NCBI GenBank assembly: GCA_013343275.1
Contig: CP046106.1
Coordinates: 640,001-704,000 of the forward strand
Length of the DNA: 64,000 nt
Source: Candidatus Nanohaloarchaea archaeon
Lineage (GTDB): Archaea > Nanohalarchaeota > Nanosalinia > Nanosalinales > Nanosalinaceae
Reading direction: 5' to 3'
The position numbers and the translations under genes are program-made. Of the stretch, positions 28,875 to 37,738 are shown in pieces; within the stretch, counting starts at the first letter, position 1, and each line of letters opens with the position of its first letter. Below the pieces are notes generated by a model. That model searched no databases and was not told the origin of the DNA. It saw nothing but the letters and a program-made list of their open reading frames with translations.

Positions 28875-29900
28875 ATGGACAACGAGAAACGTAAAGAACT
28901 AGTTCTCCGTAACTCGGAGGAGATAATCCAGGAAGAAGAACTGGAACAGATACTTGAAGAAAAAGACGAGCCACGGGCCTACGTAGGATACGAGACCTCA
29001 GGGCCTGTACACCTCGGCCACTGGATCTCAGTCCGTAAAATGCTGGACATCCAGAAAGCAGGATTCGATCCCGTAATTCTGTGGGCAGATCTGCATACCT
29101 TCCTCAACAAGAAAGGAGAGGAGGACTGGATCGAGGACATGATCGAGTACTGGCAGGCCACATTCGAAGCTCTAGGCCTTGACGCAGAGTACGTCCACGG
29201 CCGGGACTTCCAGGAAGACGACGAGTACTTCCACGATTTATTGACCATGATGCAAAAAACCACGATCAACCGTGGAGAACGCTCAATGCAACACGATTTG
29301 AGGGACAAGGACGAAGTCTACATCTCCCAGATCACATACCCACTGATGCAGGCACTTGACATCGTCCACCTAGACCTTGATCTGGCAGTCGCTGGAATCG
29401 AGCAGAGAAAAATCCACATGCTCGCAAGAGAACAGCTGCCAAAACTCGGATACGAGAAACCAACCTGCCTGCACTGGCCTCTACTCACATCACTGGCCGG
29501 AAGCGGGGACAAAATGTCTTCATCCAAGAAAAACACGATGTTCCCACTGCACGCAGACCCAGAAGACATCAGGGACGTACTTGAAGACGCTTACTGCCCA
29601 CAGGGCGAAGTAGAAGACAACCCGATTATCCAGATCTGCCAGTTCTTCATCTTCGGAGCAGACCGCGAACTAACAGTCGAGAGAAAAGAAGAATACGGCG
29701 GAGACCTCCACTACGAAACATTTGAGGAGATGACAGAAGATTTCGAAAGCGGCGAACTCCACCCGCTGGACCTAAAAGAAGCAGTAGCAGACGAAGTAAT
29801 CGACAGATTCGAACCAGTAAGAGAAAGGTTCAAAGAAGAACCAGAACTACTGGAACCGCTCGAAGAGATAGGCCACGAAAAACCAGATTATCTGAAGTAA
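28875..29900 (+). CDS. tyrS: Tyrosine--tRNA ligase
   Basis: YVGYETSG.VHLGH, YPLMQALD, KMSSS. Confidence 0.96.
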   Translation: MDNEKRKELVLRNSEEIIQEEELEQILEEKDEPRAYVGYETSGPVHLGHWISVRKMLDIQKAGFDPVILWADLHTFLNKKGEEDWIEDMIEYWQATFEALGLDAEYVHGRDFQEDDEYFHDLLTMMQKTTINRGERSMQHDLRDKDEVYISQITYPLMQALDIVHLDLDLAVAGIEQRKIHMLAREQLPKLGYEKPTCLHWPLLTSLAGSGDKMSSSKKNTMFPLHADPEDIRDVLEDAYCPQGEVEDNPIIQICQFFIFGADRELTVERKEEYGGDLHYETFEEMTEDFESGELHPLDLKEAVADEVIDRFEPVRERFKEEPELLEPLEEIGHEKPDYLK

Positions 29901-29932
29901 AGGCCTTCTCTTCTTCTAACTTTTTCTTTTCT
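29901..29932 (+). terminator. AGGCCT plus T-tract after tyrS
   Basis: AGGCCTTCTCTTCTTCTAACTTTTTCTTTTC. Confidence 0.55.
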
Positions 29933-29997
29933 AGCTAGTTCCCCTTTGGCAGATAGAGTTACTGTATGTTGAAATGTAGAGAAGTAAAGTTGAGAGT

Positions 29998-30198
29998 TTA
30001 CTCCTCTTCTGGATCGTCTTCTTCTACCCAGACACGTACTTTTCCGGGCGGTGCGTCGAAAGGCCTTTTGCCAAACCTGATGTTCTCCGCGAGATCCATT
30101 GCTTCCTTTATCTTGTCGAATTCTTTTTCTGTTACTACTTTTTCCTTGAGTTCGGTGGGATGTGTTTCATCGAACTCGTATCCAGCTACTTCTTTCAT
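29998..30198 (-). CDS. Small hypothetical protein
   Basis: 66-aa acidic ORF with ATG and upstream ATAAAG box. Confidence 0.55.
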   Translation of the reverse strand: MKEVAGYEFDETHPTELKEKVVTEKEFDKIKEAMDLAENIRFGKRPFDAPPGKVRVWVEEDDPEEE

Positions 30199-30280
30199 GT
30201 ATACCTATGGGACAGGCATCTTTATGATATCTCGACATCAACAGGATTGAACTAAAAAGAAACAAGTTACAATTTAAGGT

Positions 30281-30661
30281 GTGAAGATCACTATCTACGG
30301 CCGCACGCTCAACGTCTACGAGCAGTTGATCGATGAACCGCAGAAAGAAGTTAACGACCAGCTTAACGAATACTTCAACGGAGACCGGGAAATCTTTGAC
30401 CTTGAGTACGATATTCCTGAAGGATTTGTCGGCAGTGTTCTCCGCGAGATCCAGAAAATAGACTACGGGGAGACCAAGACCTATGGAGAAATTGCTGATA
30501 AAGTAGACAGCATTCCTATAGCTGTAGGTCAGGCCTGCAGCAAGAACCCTCTCCCTCTAATCGTTCCCTGCCACAGAGTAGTAGGTAAAAACTCTGTAGG
30601 AGGGTATCTTGGAGAAAGCGATAGTGAAGTGAAACGGAAACTGCTACAGCTAGAGAAATAA
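30281..30661 (+). CDS. ogt: Methylated-DNA--protein-cysteine methyltransferase
   Basis: TYGEIA, AVGQA, PCHRV. Confidence 0.92.
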   Translation: MKITIYGRTLNVYEQLIDEPQKEVNDQLNEYFNGDREIFDLEYDIPEGFVGSVLREIQKIDYGETKTYGEIADKVDSIPIAVGQACSKNPLPLIVPCHRVVGKNSVGGYLGESDSEVKRKLLQLEK

Positions 30662-30695
30662 GTTTTTAACTCTGCTTGCAGAATTTCTGGTTACA

Positions 30696-30806
30696 ATGAA
30701 AGGTGGACGTCCCTCTGAAAATCGGAGATTTTCTGGAGTCAAAGGAAATCTGCGATTTCCAGACTTTTCTCACCGGACACATTTTGCAACCAACCAGGCT
30801 CGATGA
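30696..30806 (+). promoter_or_regulatory. Putative leader peptide of serS (MKGGRPSENRRFSGVKGNLRFPDFSHRTHFATNQAR)
   Basis: ATG..TGA in frame; TTTTTAAC about 27 nt upstream; homologous to the tyrS leader. Confidence 0.6.
30710..30763 (+). repeat. Double-hairpin GAA...TTC element, copy A
   Basis: GAAAATC-gga-GATTTTC and GGAAATC-tgc-GATTTCC; 54-nt in-frame insertion relative to the tyrS leader. Confidence 0.7.
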
Positions 30807-30863
30807 GAGCCAGTTAGATCTAAAACCTATTCTAGATAAAAATTTCTACGTAAGTGGTTACGT

Positions 30864-32126
30864 ATGATTGCTATAGAAGTCTTCCGCGATAATCCTGAGG
30901 AGATTAAAGACGCACAGAGACGTAGAGGAAAAGACCCTGAGAAAGTAGATAAAGTAGTTGAACTCGACAGAGAATGGAGAGAGAAACTGCAGGAGCTTGA
31001 ATCTCTTCAGCAGGAGAGAAACGAAGTAGGGGATAAGATCGCGGAGCTTAAACAGGAAGGAGAAGATGCCTCCGATAAAATTGAACGCATGCAGGAAGTA
31101 AAACAGAGAATCAGCGAGCTGGAGGACGAAGTCGACGATCTGAAAGAGGAACGTGACGAAGTCCGCTACCAGGTAGGCAACCTGCTAGCCGACGATGTTC
31201 CTGAAGGAGAGGGAGAGGAAGACAACCCAGAACTCCGGACATGGGAGCCGGAGGAAGGGATGAAAGAGGACTCAAAACTTGCTGCAGACTTCCTTGAAGA
31301 AAACGATCTTCTGTCAGCGGAGAAGGCCACAGAGGTAGGAGGAGAACGCGCATACTACCTATCACCGGAATTGCTACAGCTGAGCCAGGCCCTGATCAAC
31401 TTCTCGATCGACTTCCTGAAAGAGAAAGACTTTGGAGTCTATCAGGTGCCGTACATGCTGGAGGAGAAGTCGATCTCTGCAGCTGTAGATCTGGAAACAT
31501 TCGAAGACCAGCTCTACCAGGTAAACGAAAACGACAGATACCTGATAGGTACCGCAGAACATGCACTGGCCGCGAAATATCAGGGGGAAGTAATAGAACA
31601 AGACCTACCACTCAAACTTGGAGGATACTCCACAAACTTCCGGAGAGAGGCCGGTAAACACGGTAAACAGACCAGAGGTCTCTGGAGAGTCCACCAGTTC
31701 GAGAAAGTAGAGCAGTTCGCATTCTGCAAACCAGAAAACCACCTGGATATACTCCAGGAGACTCTTGGCAATGCAGAGGAGATCATGCAGGAGCTAGGTC
31801 TTCCATACCGAGTAGTCGATATCTGCGACGGCGACATCTCGAACAAGACCTTCAAGCAGTACGATATCGAGGTATGGAGGCCTCCTCTCGGAGAGTACGG
31901 AGAAGTTGGTAGCTACGGGTCATGTACCGATTACCAGGCCCGCGAGTTCGATACCAGATACCGTGAGCAAGGCGACAGAAAAGTTCCTTACACAGTCTAT
32001 GCGACCGGTCTCGTACCTCAGAGGATCATCACGGCAATTATTGAGAACAATATGACTGAGAAAGGAGTGAAGATTCCAGAGGCATTACAGGATTACATGG
32101 GTGGGAAAGAGTACCTGGAAGTTTAG
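30864..32126 (+). CDS. serS: Serine--tRNA ligase
   Basis: N-terminal coiled coil, GTAE, FRREAG, RVHQFEKVEQF, TDYQAR. Confidence 0.97.
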   Translation: MIAIEVFRDNPEEIKDAQRRRGKDPEKVDKVVELDREWREKLQELESLQQERNEVGDKIAELKQEGEDASDKIERMQEVKQRISELEDEVDDLKEERDEVRYQVGNLLADDVPEGEGEEDNPELRTWEPEEGMKEDSKLAADFLEENDLLSAEKATEVGGERAYYLSPELLQLSQALINFSIDFLKEKDFGVYQVPYMLEEKSISAAVDLETFEDQLYQVNENDRYLIGTAEHALAAKYQGEVIEQDLPLKLGGYSTNFRREAGKHGKQTRGLWRVHQFEKVEQFAFCKPENHLDILQETLGNAEEIMQELGLPYRVVDICDGDISNKTFKQYDIEVWRPPLGEYGEVGSYGSCTDYQAREFDTRYREQGDRKVPYTVYATGLVPQRIITAIIENNMTEKGVKIPEALQDYMGGKEYLEV

Positions 32127-32184
32127 ATAGAAGATCAGGAGAATAGAGGAGGAGTAAAAATATTCCTCTCTTATTCCCTTTCTT

Positions 32185-32703
32185 TTACTGGAGGCCTGCG
32201 TCGTAGTTGCTTCCGAATGCGCGGTCGCCTTCGCTGGATGAATGGCCTACGATCTCTTTGCTTTCTTCATCATTGAAGAGTCCCGAGAAAGCATTCATGG
32301 CTTCTTCGCTTTCAAAACCTGTGGCCCATCTATCGTATTCCGGGCCTTCTGTGTGAGGTTCTTTATCTTCAGGTCTCTGACCATTTTGATCGTAGTGCGA
32401 AGGATTGTTGCCCGGCCTGTCCATTGTTACTCCTGCGACTCTTTCAAATTCTACAACCCTTGGATCTTTATCCAGATCAACTGGCGAGGAAATTTCGGAT
32501 TCTTCGGAGCCGTAGAGCACATCTCTAAGCTCTTCAGGTTCAACTCCGACATCTTCAGCAGCTTCTTCTACTGAGTCGTATCTTTCTTCCCCTATATAGA
32601 CTGCTGGTTCGTCTTCTGGAATATCAATATCGTCAGGACTCTCAAATCTGTCTTGCCAGAATTCTTCGTTTGTCTTGGCGTACTCAGGTTTTCTATCTAC
32701 CAT
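32185..32703 (-). CDS. Acidic hypothetical protein with NUMOD1-like HTH
   Basis: YDSVEEAAEDVGVEPEELRDVL; GGAGG Shine-Dalgarno upstream. Confidence 0.65.
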   Translation of the reverse strand: MVDRKPEYAKTNEEFWQDRFESPDDIDIPEDEPAVYIGEERYDSVEEAAEDVGVEPEELRDVLYGSEESEISSPVDLDKDPRVVEFERVAGVTMDRPGNNPSHYDQNGQRPEDKEPHTEGPEYDRWATGFESEEAMNAFSGLFNDEESKEIVGHSSSEGDRAFGSNYDAGLQ

Positions 32704-32777
32704 CAGTACCGGCCTCCTGTTTTTTCTACTGATTTTAAATGGTTGAATACCATAGAGTTGTGTTGTAGTTGTTTCAT
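32703..32777 (-). CDS. Putative 24-aa small ORF (MKQLQHNSMVFNHLKSVEKTGGRY)
   Basis: AAGGTGA Shine-Dalgarno upstream; TGATG overlap with next gene. Confidence 0.45.
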   Translation of the reverse strand: MKQLQHNSMVFNHLKSVEKTGGRY

Positions 32778-32868
32778 GTGTATTGTCACCTTTTAGAATT
32801 TTTACAGCAGTAGAACTAGCAGCAGTAGAGCCACAAGTTCCACAGAAGCTTTGGAGTTAGAGAAAAAG

Positions 32869-32934
32869 CTATCGTAGCAGAACGCATCCACCCTTAGGCA
32901 CAAAACAACCACCTGAAGTCGTGTCTGCGTTCAT
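32869..32934 (-). CDS. Putative leaderless 21-aa ORF (MNADTTSGGCFVPKGGCVLLR)
   Basis: TTTTATAAG box about 25 nt upstream of ATG. Confidence 0.4.
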   Translation of the reverse strand: MNADTTSGGCFVPKGGCVLLR

Positions 32935-33035
32935 AGGACTACTTTGAAGGATAGTTCTTATAAAACCTCTGTTCTCGCCTACAACCTAAACAAAGTGAAT
33001 GCGGAGCAACAAATAGGTTTTAAGGTGAAGACACT

Positions 33036-33245
33036 ATGAGCGTTATGGAAGCTCTTTCCGAGCTACTGGAAAGTGTAGTGGCCTATGTAGTAATGATTCT
33101 GCTGGGAGTAGTATCCTTCTTTGTAACCGTATTCATAGTGAAGTACGGAGCAGATCTGGCAGGTTACGCACCGAGCGGAGACTTCGCAGTCCTTTCAGCA
33201 GCACTGCTGGTAGCAGCATCTATGCTGTCGGGTTCAATGAGGTAG
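33036..33245 (+). CDS. Small membrane protein
   Basis: Two TM helices; AAGGTGA upstream. Confidence 0.75.
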   Translation: MSVMEALSELLESVVAYVVMILLGVVSFFVTVFIVKYGADLAGYAPSGDFAVLSAALLVAASMLSGSMR

Positions 33246-33327
33246 TAAAATTCCGCAGTAAAAACTTCCTTTTCCAATTTTTTCTTCCTTTCAAACAAAC
33301 CCTTTCTTCTTTTAAGCTTCTCAGTTC

Positions 33328-35397
33328 ATGGATAAATCAATGGCAACGACAGTAATGATTGGTGAGAAACCCAAGGTAGCAAGCCGTATAGCCCAGGCAC
33401 TGGGAGATTATTCCATAAAAGAGAACCGTGGAGTGAAGAACTACGTAATCGACAAAGGGGGGAACGACAGAATAATTATTGCACCAGCAGTAGGCCATAT
33501 CTTCAATCTCGAACAGATCAGCGAAGGATGGGACTACCCTGTATTCGACGTTGAATGGGTTCCAACTTTTGAAACCGATGATTCTGCTGACTACATGAAA
33601 AAATACTACAACAATCTACGAGACCAGATCGAAAAGGCCGACGAATACATCAACGCATGCGACTTTGACCTTGAAGGATCCGTCATCGGAGCCAACGTTA
33701 TCAAACAGATCGCTGACGCGCCCGAAGAAAGAATCAAGAGGATGAAGTTCTCAACACTGACTCCAAGCGATCTGCAGGAGGCCTACGACAACCTGGAGGA
33801 CTACGACAGAGGAATGACCGAGGCTGGATTTACAAGACACTATCTGGATTTCTACTATGGTGTAAATGTTTCGAGAGCACTGATGCAGGCTGTCAGAGAG
33901 AACGATCGGTACAAGACCTTGTCCACCGGACGAGTGCAGGGCCCGGCATTAAAGGTTCTTGCGGACAGAGAGCGCGAGATCATGGAGTTCGAACCGGATC
34001 CTTACTGGGAGATCTACCTGATCCACGAAGAGTTCGAGGCCCAGTGGGAGGACGACGAAGACCGTATCTGGAACGAAGACGTAGCTGAAGGGGTATTCAA
34101 CAGAGTCAAGGATGCGAAAAAGACTCACGTCTCCAACATCAAAATCAATAACTACAAGCACAACCCGCCAATCCCTTTCAACCTGACAGGCCTTCAGAAA
34201 GAGGCCTCTTCGCAGTTCAACATCAACCCTAAACAGACTCAGGCTATTGCACAGACACTTTACGAGAACGGCCTGATCAGTTATCCTCGTACCGAGTCAC
34301 AGAAGCTGCCGCCGAAGATCGGGTACAAAAATATACTTAACAAGCTGAAGAAGCAGGACAAGCTGGAAGAACCTGCCAAGAAGGTTCTGGACAAGGATGA
34401 CGATGATCTGTACACCCGGCAGGGTAAGAAAGAGGACGATGCGCACCCTGCAATCTATCCTACAGGCGAGCATCCTTCAGGCCTTTCGAAGAGAGAAGGC
34501 CAAGTCTATGACTTGATTGCGAAGCGTTTCTTCGCGGTCTTCGGTGAGGCCGCTCAGAGACAGTCGCTGACTCTAACCCTTGATGTCGAAGGCCACGAGT
34601 TCAAGGCGAAGTCGAAGGTCACCAAGGAACGTAACTGGTTCGATCTCTACGATCCATATGTTAATGTGGAGGAGGCAGAGCTTCCAGGCCTTGAAGAAGG
34701 AGAGGTTCTTGACATCGAGGATTTCAGACTGGATGAGAAAGAGACTCAGCCACCTAGAAGGTACTCTCAGTCAGGTATTGTCTCCGAGCTGGAGAAGAAA
34801 AATCTGGGTACAAAGGCCACAAGAGCTCAGGTAGTTGATCGACTTTACAACAGGAACTACATTGAGGAAGATCCTATCGAGGTATCTGATCTAGGGCTGA
34901 CCATCGTCAAGACTCTGGAGGAGTACTCTCCAAGCCTCCTAAGCGAAGAATTAACCCGTGAGTTCGAGGAGAACATGCAGGCTATCAGAAACGAGGAAGA
35001 TTCCCGAGAGGAAGTTCTTTCGAAGGCCCGCGAGGAGTTGAAGGAGACTCTTGAGAACTTCAAGGAGAACGAGGCCAAGATTGGTGCACAGCTCGTAGAT
35101 ACCATCGATTCCGAGAGGAAGAGAAGGAGAACTCTAGGGCCGTGTGAGAAATGTGAGGAAGAAGGCCGTGAAGACGGGAAGCTGAGGATTATCAAGTCTA
35201 ACGGCAGCAAGTTTGTAGGCTGCTCCAACTATCCGGACTGTGAGAACACTTATCCTCTTCCGAACAACGGGAAGATTTCCAGTCTTGATAAAGAATGTGA
35301 GACATGTGGTAAGCCTATGATCGATGTGCAGAGGAAGAAGGGCCGTGACTACCAGATGTGTATCGACCCTGACTGCGCTAGTAAAGATGACTGGTAG
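33328..35397 (+). CDS. topA: Type IA DNA topoisomerase
   Basis: GEKP, CDFDLEG, GRVQ, ISYPRT catalytic Tyr, C-terminal zinc ribbons; start may be 33340. Confidence 0.96.
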   Translation: MDKSMATTVMIGEKPKVASRIAQALGDYSIKENRGVKNYVIDKGGNDRIIIAPAVGHIFNLEQISEGWDYPVFDVEWVPTFETDDSADYMKKYYNNLRDQIEKADEYINACDFDLEGSVIGANVIKQIADAPEERIKRMKFSTLTPSDLQEAYDNLEDYDRGMTEAGFTRHYLDFYYGVNVSRALMQAVRENDRYKTLSTGRVQGPALKVLADREREIMEFEPDPYWEIYLIHEEFEAQWEDDEDRIWNEDVAEGVFNRVKDAKKTHVSNIKINNYKHNPPIPFNLTGLQKEASSQFNINPKQTQAIAQTLYENGLISYPRTESQKLPPKIGYKNILNKLKKQDKLEEPAKKVLDKDDDDLYTRQGKKEDDAHPAIYPTGEHPSGLSKREGQVYDLIAKRFFAVFGEAAQRQSLTLTLDVEGHEFKAKSKVTKERNWFDLYDPYVNVEEAELPGLEEGEVLDIEDFRLDEKETQPPRRYSQSGIVSELEKKNLGTKATRAQVVDRLYNRNYIEEDPIEVSDLGLTIVKTLEEYSPSLLSEELTREFEENMQAIRNEEDSREEVLSKAREELKETLENFKENEAKIGAQLVDTIDSERKRRRTLGPCEKCEEEGREDGKLRIIKSNGSKFVGCSNYPDCENTYPLPNNGKISSLDKECETCGKPMIDVQRKKGRDYQMCIDPDCASKDDW

Positions 35398-35398
35398 A

Positions 35399-35677
35399 TT
35401 ACTTGTCCATCATCGTTCTCTCTGCATCAACAGCAGTGTCGATCAGAAGACGGCCTAGCTGGCGTCCTCGCTCCCTTGGTAAATCTCTTTTCTCGAAGAG
35501 ATCGCCGAACTGCTGCATAACCTGTTCCTCTCTGTCCTCATCTTTGACGTTCATATCGTTCTCTTCCTTGTACTCAACTACTTTGACGACCTCTTCCATC
35601 CTGTCGGCAACCTTATCAGCAATTTCTCTATTGATTTCATCGATATTCTGTCTCGCGTCTTCAAGCAGATCGGTCAT
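35399..35677 (-). CDS. Chorismate mutase (AroQ type)
   Basis: LEDARQNIDEIN...R......V..YK.......D.DRE. Confidence 0.85.
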   Translation of the reverse strand: MTDLLEDARQNIDEINREIADKVADRMEEVVKVVEYKEENDMNVKDEDREEQVMQQFGDLFEKRDLPRERGRQLGRLLIDTAVDAERTMMDK

Positions 35678-35687
35678 ACCTTACACC

Positions 35688-35708
35688 TTGAAACTCTCTG
35701 AACTTCAA
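35688..35708 (-). repeat. Single GAA...TTC hairpin, possible copy E, within a 14-aa bridging ORF (35674-35718)
   Basis: TTGAAGTTC-aga-GAGTTTCAA followed by AAGGTG. Confidence 0.45.
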
Positions 35709-35719
35709 ATTTACGCATC

Positions 35720-36574
35720 CTACCGGACCTCATCAGACAGGAACTCGATAACCAGATCAGTCCTGTTCTGAGCACCCTCCAGATCAAACTCGTCGCCAAG
35801 CTCATCGAACTTCTCTGCAAAGGCCTCCTCATCACCAACAATCTCTCTGATATCCTCCGCAGAATCAATGAATCGTTCACGAACGTCCTCGTTCTCCGGG
35901 TTCTCGGCCTGAATACTGCCGTACAGACCTGGCTTCTGGTTCAGCATCCTCGCAGTCAGATCGGTAATCAGCTGATAGACCGGAGAGGAGAACTCCTCCA
36001 TGTCGTCGCCGGAAAGCTCCGACTTCCTGATAACATCGGCAACAACCAGCTCAGAGAAATGCATCAATCCCTGAACCAAGCTCATGGCCTTATCATGAAC
36101 CTCTGGCTCAGTGAAGTGGAGATCAGCGCCGTGCTCCTCCCAGAACTCCTCCATCTCAGACCACTTCTTCCCTCTCTCAGGACACATAACAACTTTCTGG
36201 CCTTTAACCGAGTTGCTCGGAGCATACATCGGATGCATACCAAGAACCTCATCCGAATACTCCCTCATGGCCTCCGTCGGCATCTGCTTCACACTGGTAA
36301 TATCACATAAAAGCGCATCATCGGGGACATGAGGCCCTACCTCATGTATAACTTCTTCCGTAACTGCGATCGGAACTGCGATAATAACTACATCAGCATC
36401 TTCAACTATTTCGGTGCTCGGGCCGTAGCTCCAGCCTCTTTCCTCTGCAACTTCTTGTGCATCCTCTACAGTCTTGCCGGAGATGAAGATCTCGTTTTTC
36501 TCATCCATTCTTTCTCCCAGATGCCGGCCGAACTGTCCTGTACCTCCAACAATCGCGATCTTTCTATCAATCAC
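35720..36574 (-). CDS. tyrA: Prephenate dehydrogenase
   Basis: GGTGQFG, DITSVK, HPMY.P, HDKAMSLVQGL.H. Confidence 0.92.
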   Translation of the reverse strand: MIDRKIAIVGGTGQFGRHLGERMDEKNEIFISGKTVEDAQEVAEERGWSYGPSTEIVEDADVVIIAVPIAVTEEVIHEVGPHVPDDALLCDITSVKQMPTEAMREYSDEVLGMHPMYAPSNSVKGQKVVMCPERGKKWSEMEEFWEEHGADLHFTEPEVHDKAMSLVQGLMHFSELVVADVIRKSELSGDDMEEFSSPVYQLITDLTARMLNQKPGLYGSIQAENPENEDVRERFIDSAEDIREIVGDEEAFAEKFDELGDEFDLEGAQNRTDLVIEFLSDEVR

Positions 36575-36627
36575 TCGAAATCGCCTCGATTTCTGTGTGA
36601 CCAGAAAATATCAGATTTTCGGATCAC
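36571..36627 (-). repeat. Double-hairpin GAA...TTC element, copy B
   Basis: GAAAAT-ctgat-ATTTTC and GAAATCG-agg-CGATTTC; 13-nt direct repeat ATCACTCGAAATC spaced 53 nt. Confidence 0.7.
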
Positions 36628-37730
36628 TCGAAATCACCTCTTTCTTCAAGCCTGTCAAAGGCCTTGTCGATTTCCTCTATCGTAGTTGAGCCGAAACAGA
36701 TTCTGACGTTTTGATCGCTGTCAGGCCCCATCGGCTCGCCGGGCACCATTGCAACTCCTTGTTCAATCATCTCCATGCAGAAATCCCAGGAATCCTCTCC
36801 GACCTCAGGGAATGCATAGATTGCTCCCTCTGGTGCGACAAAGTCCCATCCAAGATCATTCATCCGTTCTACAAGAAGATCTCTGCGGCCCTCATAGGCC
36901 TCTCTCATCTCCTCTACATGAGAATCATTTTGGAGAGCTTCTATCGCCGCATACTGTGAAATTCTTGGAGGGCATGCAGTAGAGGCTCGAGAGACTTTTG
37001 CGTATTCTTCGATATTTTCCGGATCATCGACCAGCCAGCCAACTCTCCAGCCGGTCATCGCATGATTTTTCGAGGCCGAACCGATTATCGCCGCGTTCTC
37101 CGCGTAAGCTGCAGGTGAGAAATGTTCACGGCCGTAAGTCAGTCTATGGTATACCTCATCGGAAACCAGAAAAGTATCATTTTCTTCAGCTACCTCCGCA
37201 ATTTTGCGGGCCTGATCCTCGTTAAGAACGTATCCAGTAGGATTTCCAGGCGTGTTAACGATCACAAGGTCGGCCTCTGCAATTTCCTCTCTGGCTTCTT
37301 CTCTAAGTTCTCTGTCGTCGTTCCAGTACTGTACCTGGCTCCATTCATTTTCCGAGACCTCGGAGATCATCTTGTAAGGTCCCCAGCATGGATCATTGAA
37401 AACTGCTTTATCCTCAGCACCAAGTCGGGCCGCCATTATCGCGTAGAGAGCACCCATACCACCGGTAGTAACCATTACCTCTTCACCGGAGACATTAAGC
37501 CCTTTCTTGCCCGATTCTTCCTCTGCAACAGCTTCTCTAAGCTCTTCGAGGCCCAGCATCGGAGAGTATCCCTGTTTCTCTTCCAGGCCTTCTCTAGCTG
37601 CTTCTTTAACATGTTCTGGCGTGTCGAATGATGGCTGGCCTATGTCGAACCTGACGATGTCGTCCTGTTTTGCTGCTTTTTCCGAAATTTTTCTTATTGA
37701 AAGATTGATGTTCTGTATTCGTTCTCGCAT
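36624..37730 (-). CDS. Class I/II PLP aminotransferase (aspartate/aromatic)
   Basis: IGQPSF, PGNPTG, DEVY, SASKNHAMTGWRVG. Confidence 0.93.
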   Translation of the reverse strand: MRERIQNINLSIRKISEKAAKQDDIVRFDIGQPSFDTPEHVKEAAREGLEEKQGYSPMLGLEELREAVAEEESGKKGLNVSGEEVMVTTGGMGALYAIMAARLGAEDKAVFNDPCWGPYKMISEVSENEWSQVQYWNDDRELREEAREEIAEADLVIVNTPGNPTGYVLNEDQARKIAEVAEENDTFLVSDEVYHRLTYGREHFSPAAYAENAAIIGSASKNHAMTGWRVGWLVDDPENIEEYAKVSRASTACPPRISQYAAIEALQNDSHVEEMREAYEGRRDLLVERMNDLGWDFVAPEGAIYAFPEVGEDSWDFCMEMIEQGVAMVPGEPMGPDSDQNVRICFGSTTIEEIDKAFDRLEERGDFE

Positions 37731-37738
37731 TTTTTGAT

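Noticed and set aside
30710-30763. tRNA gene or bulge-helix-bulge intron
   Set aside because: No cloverleaf or TTCGA arm, and I could not draw a convincing 3-4-3 BHB at the boundaries.
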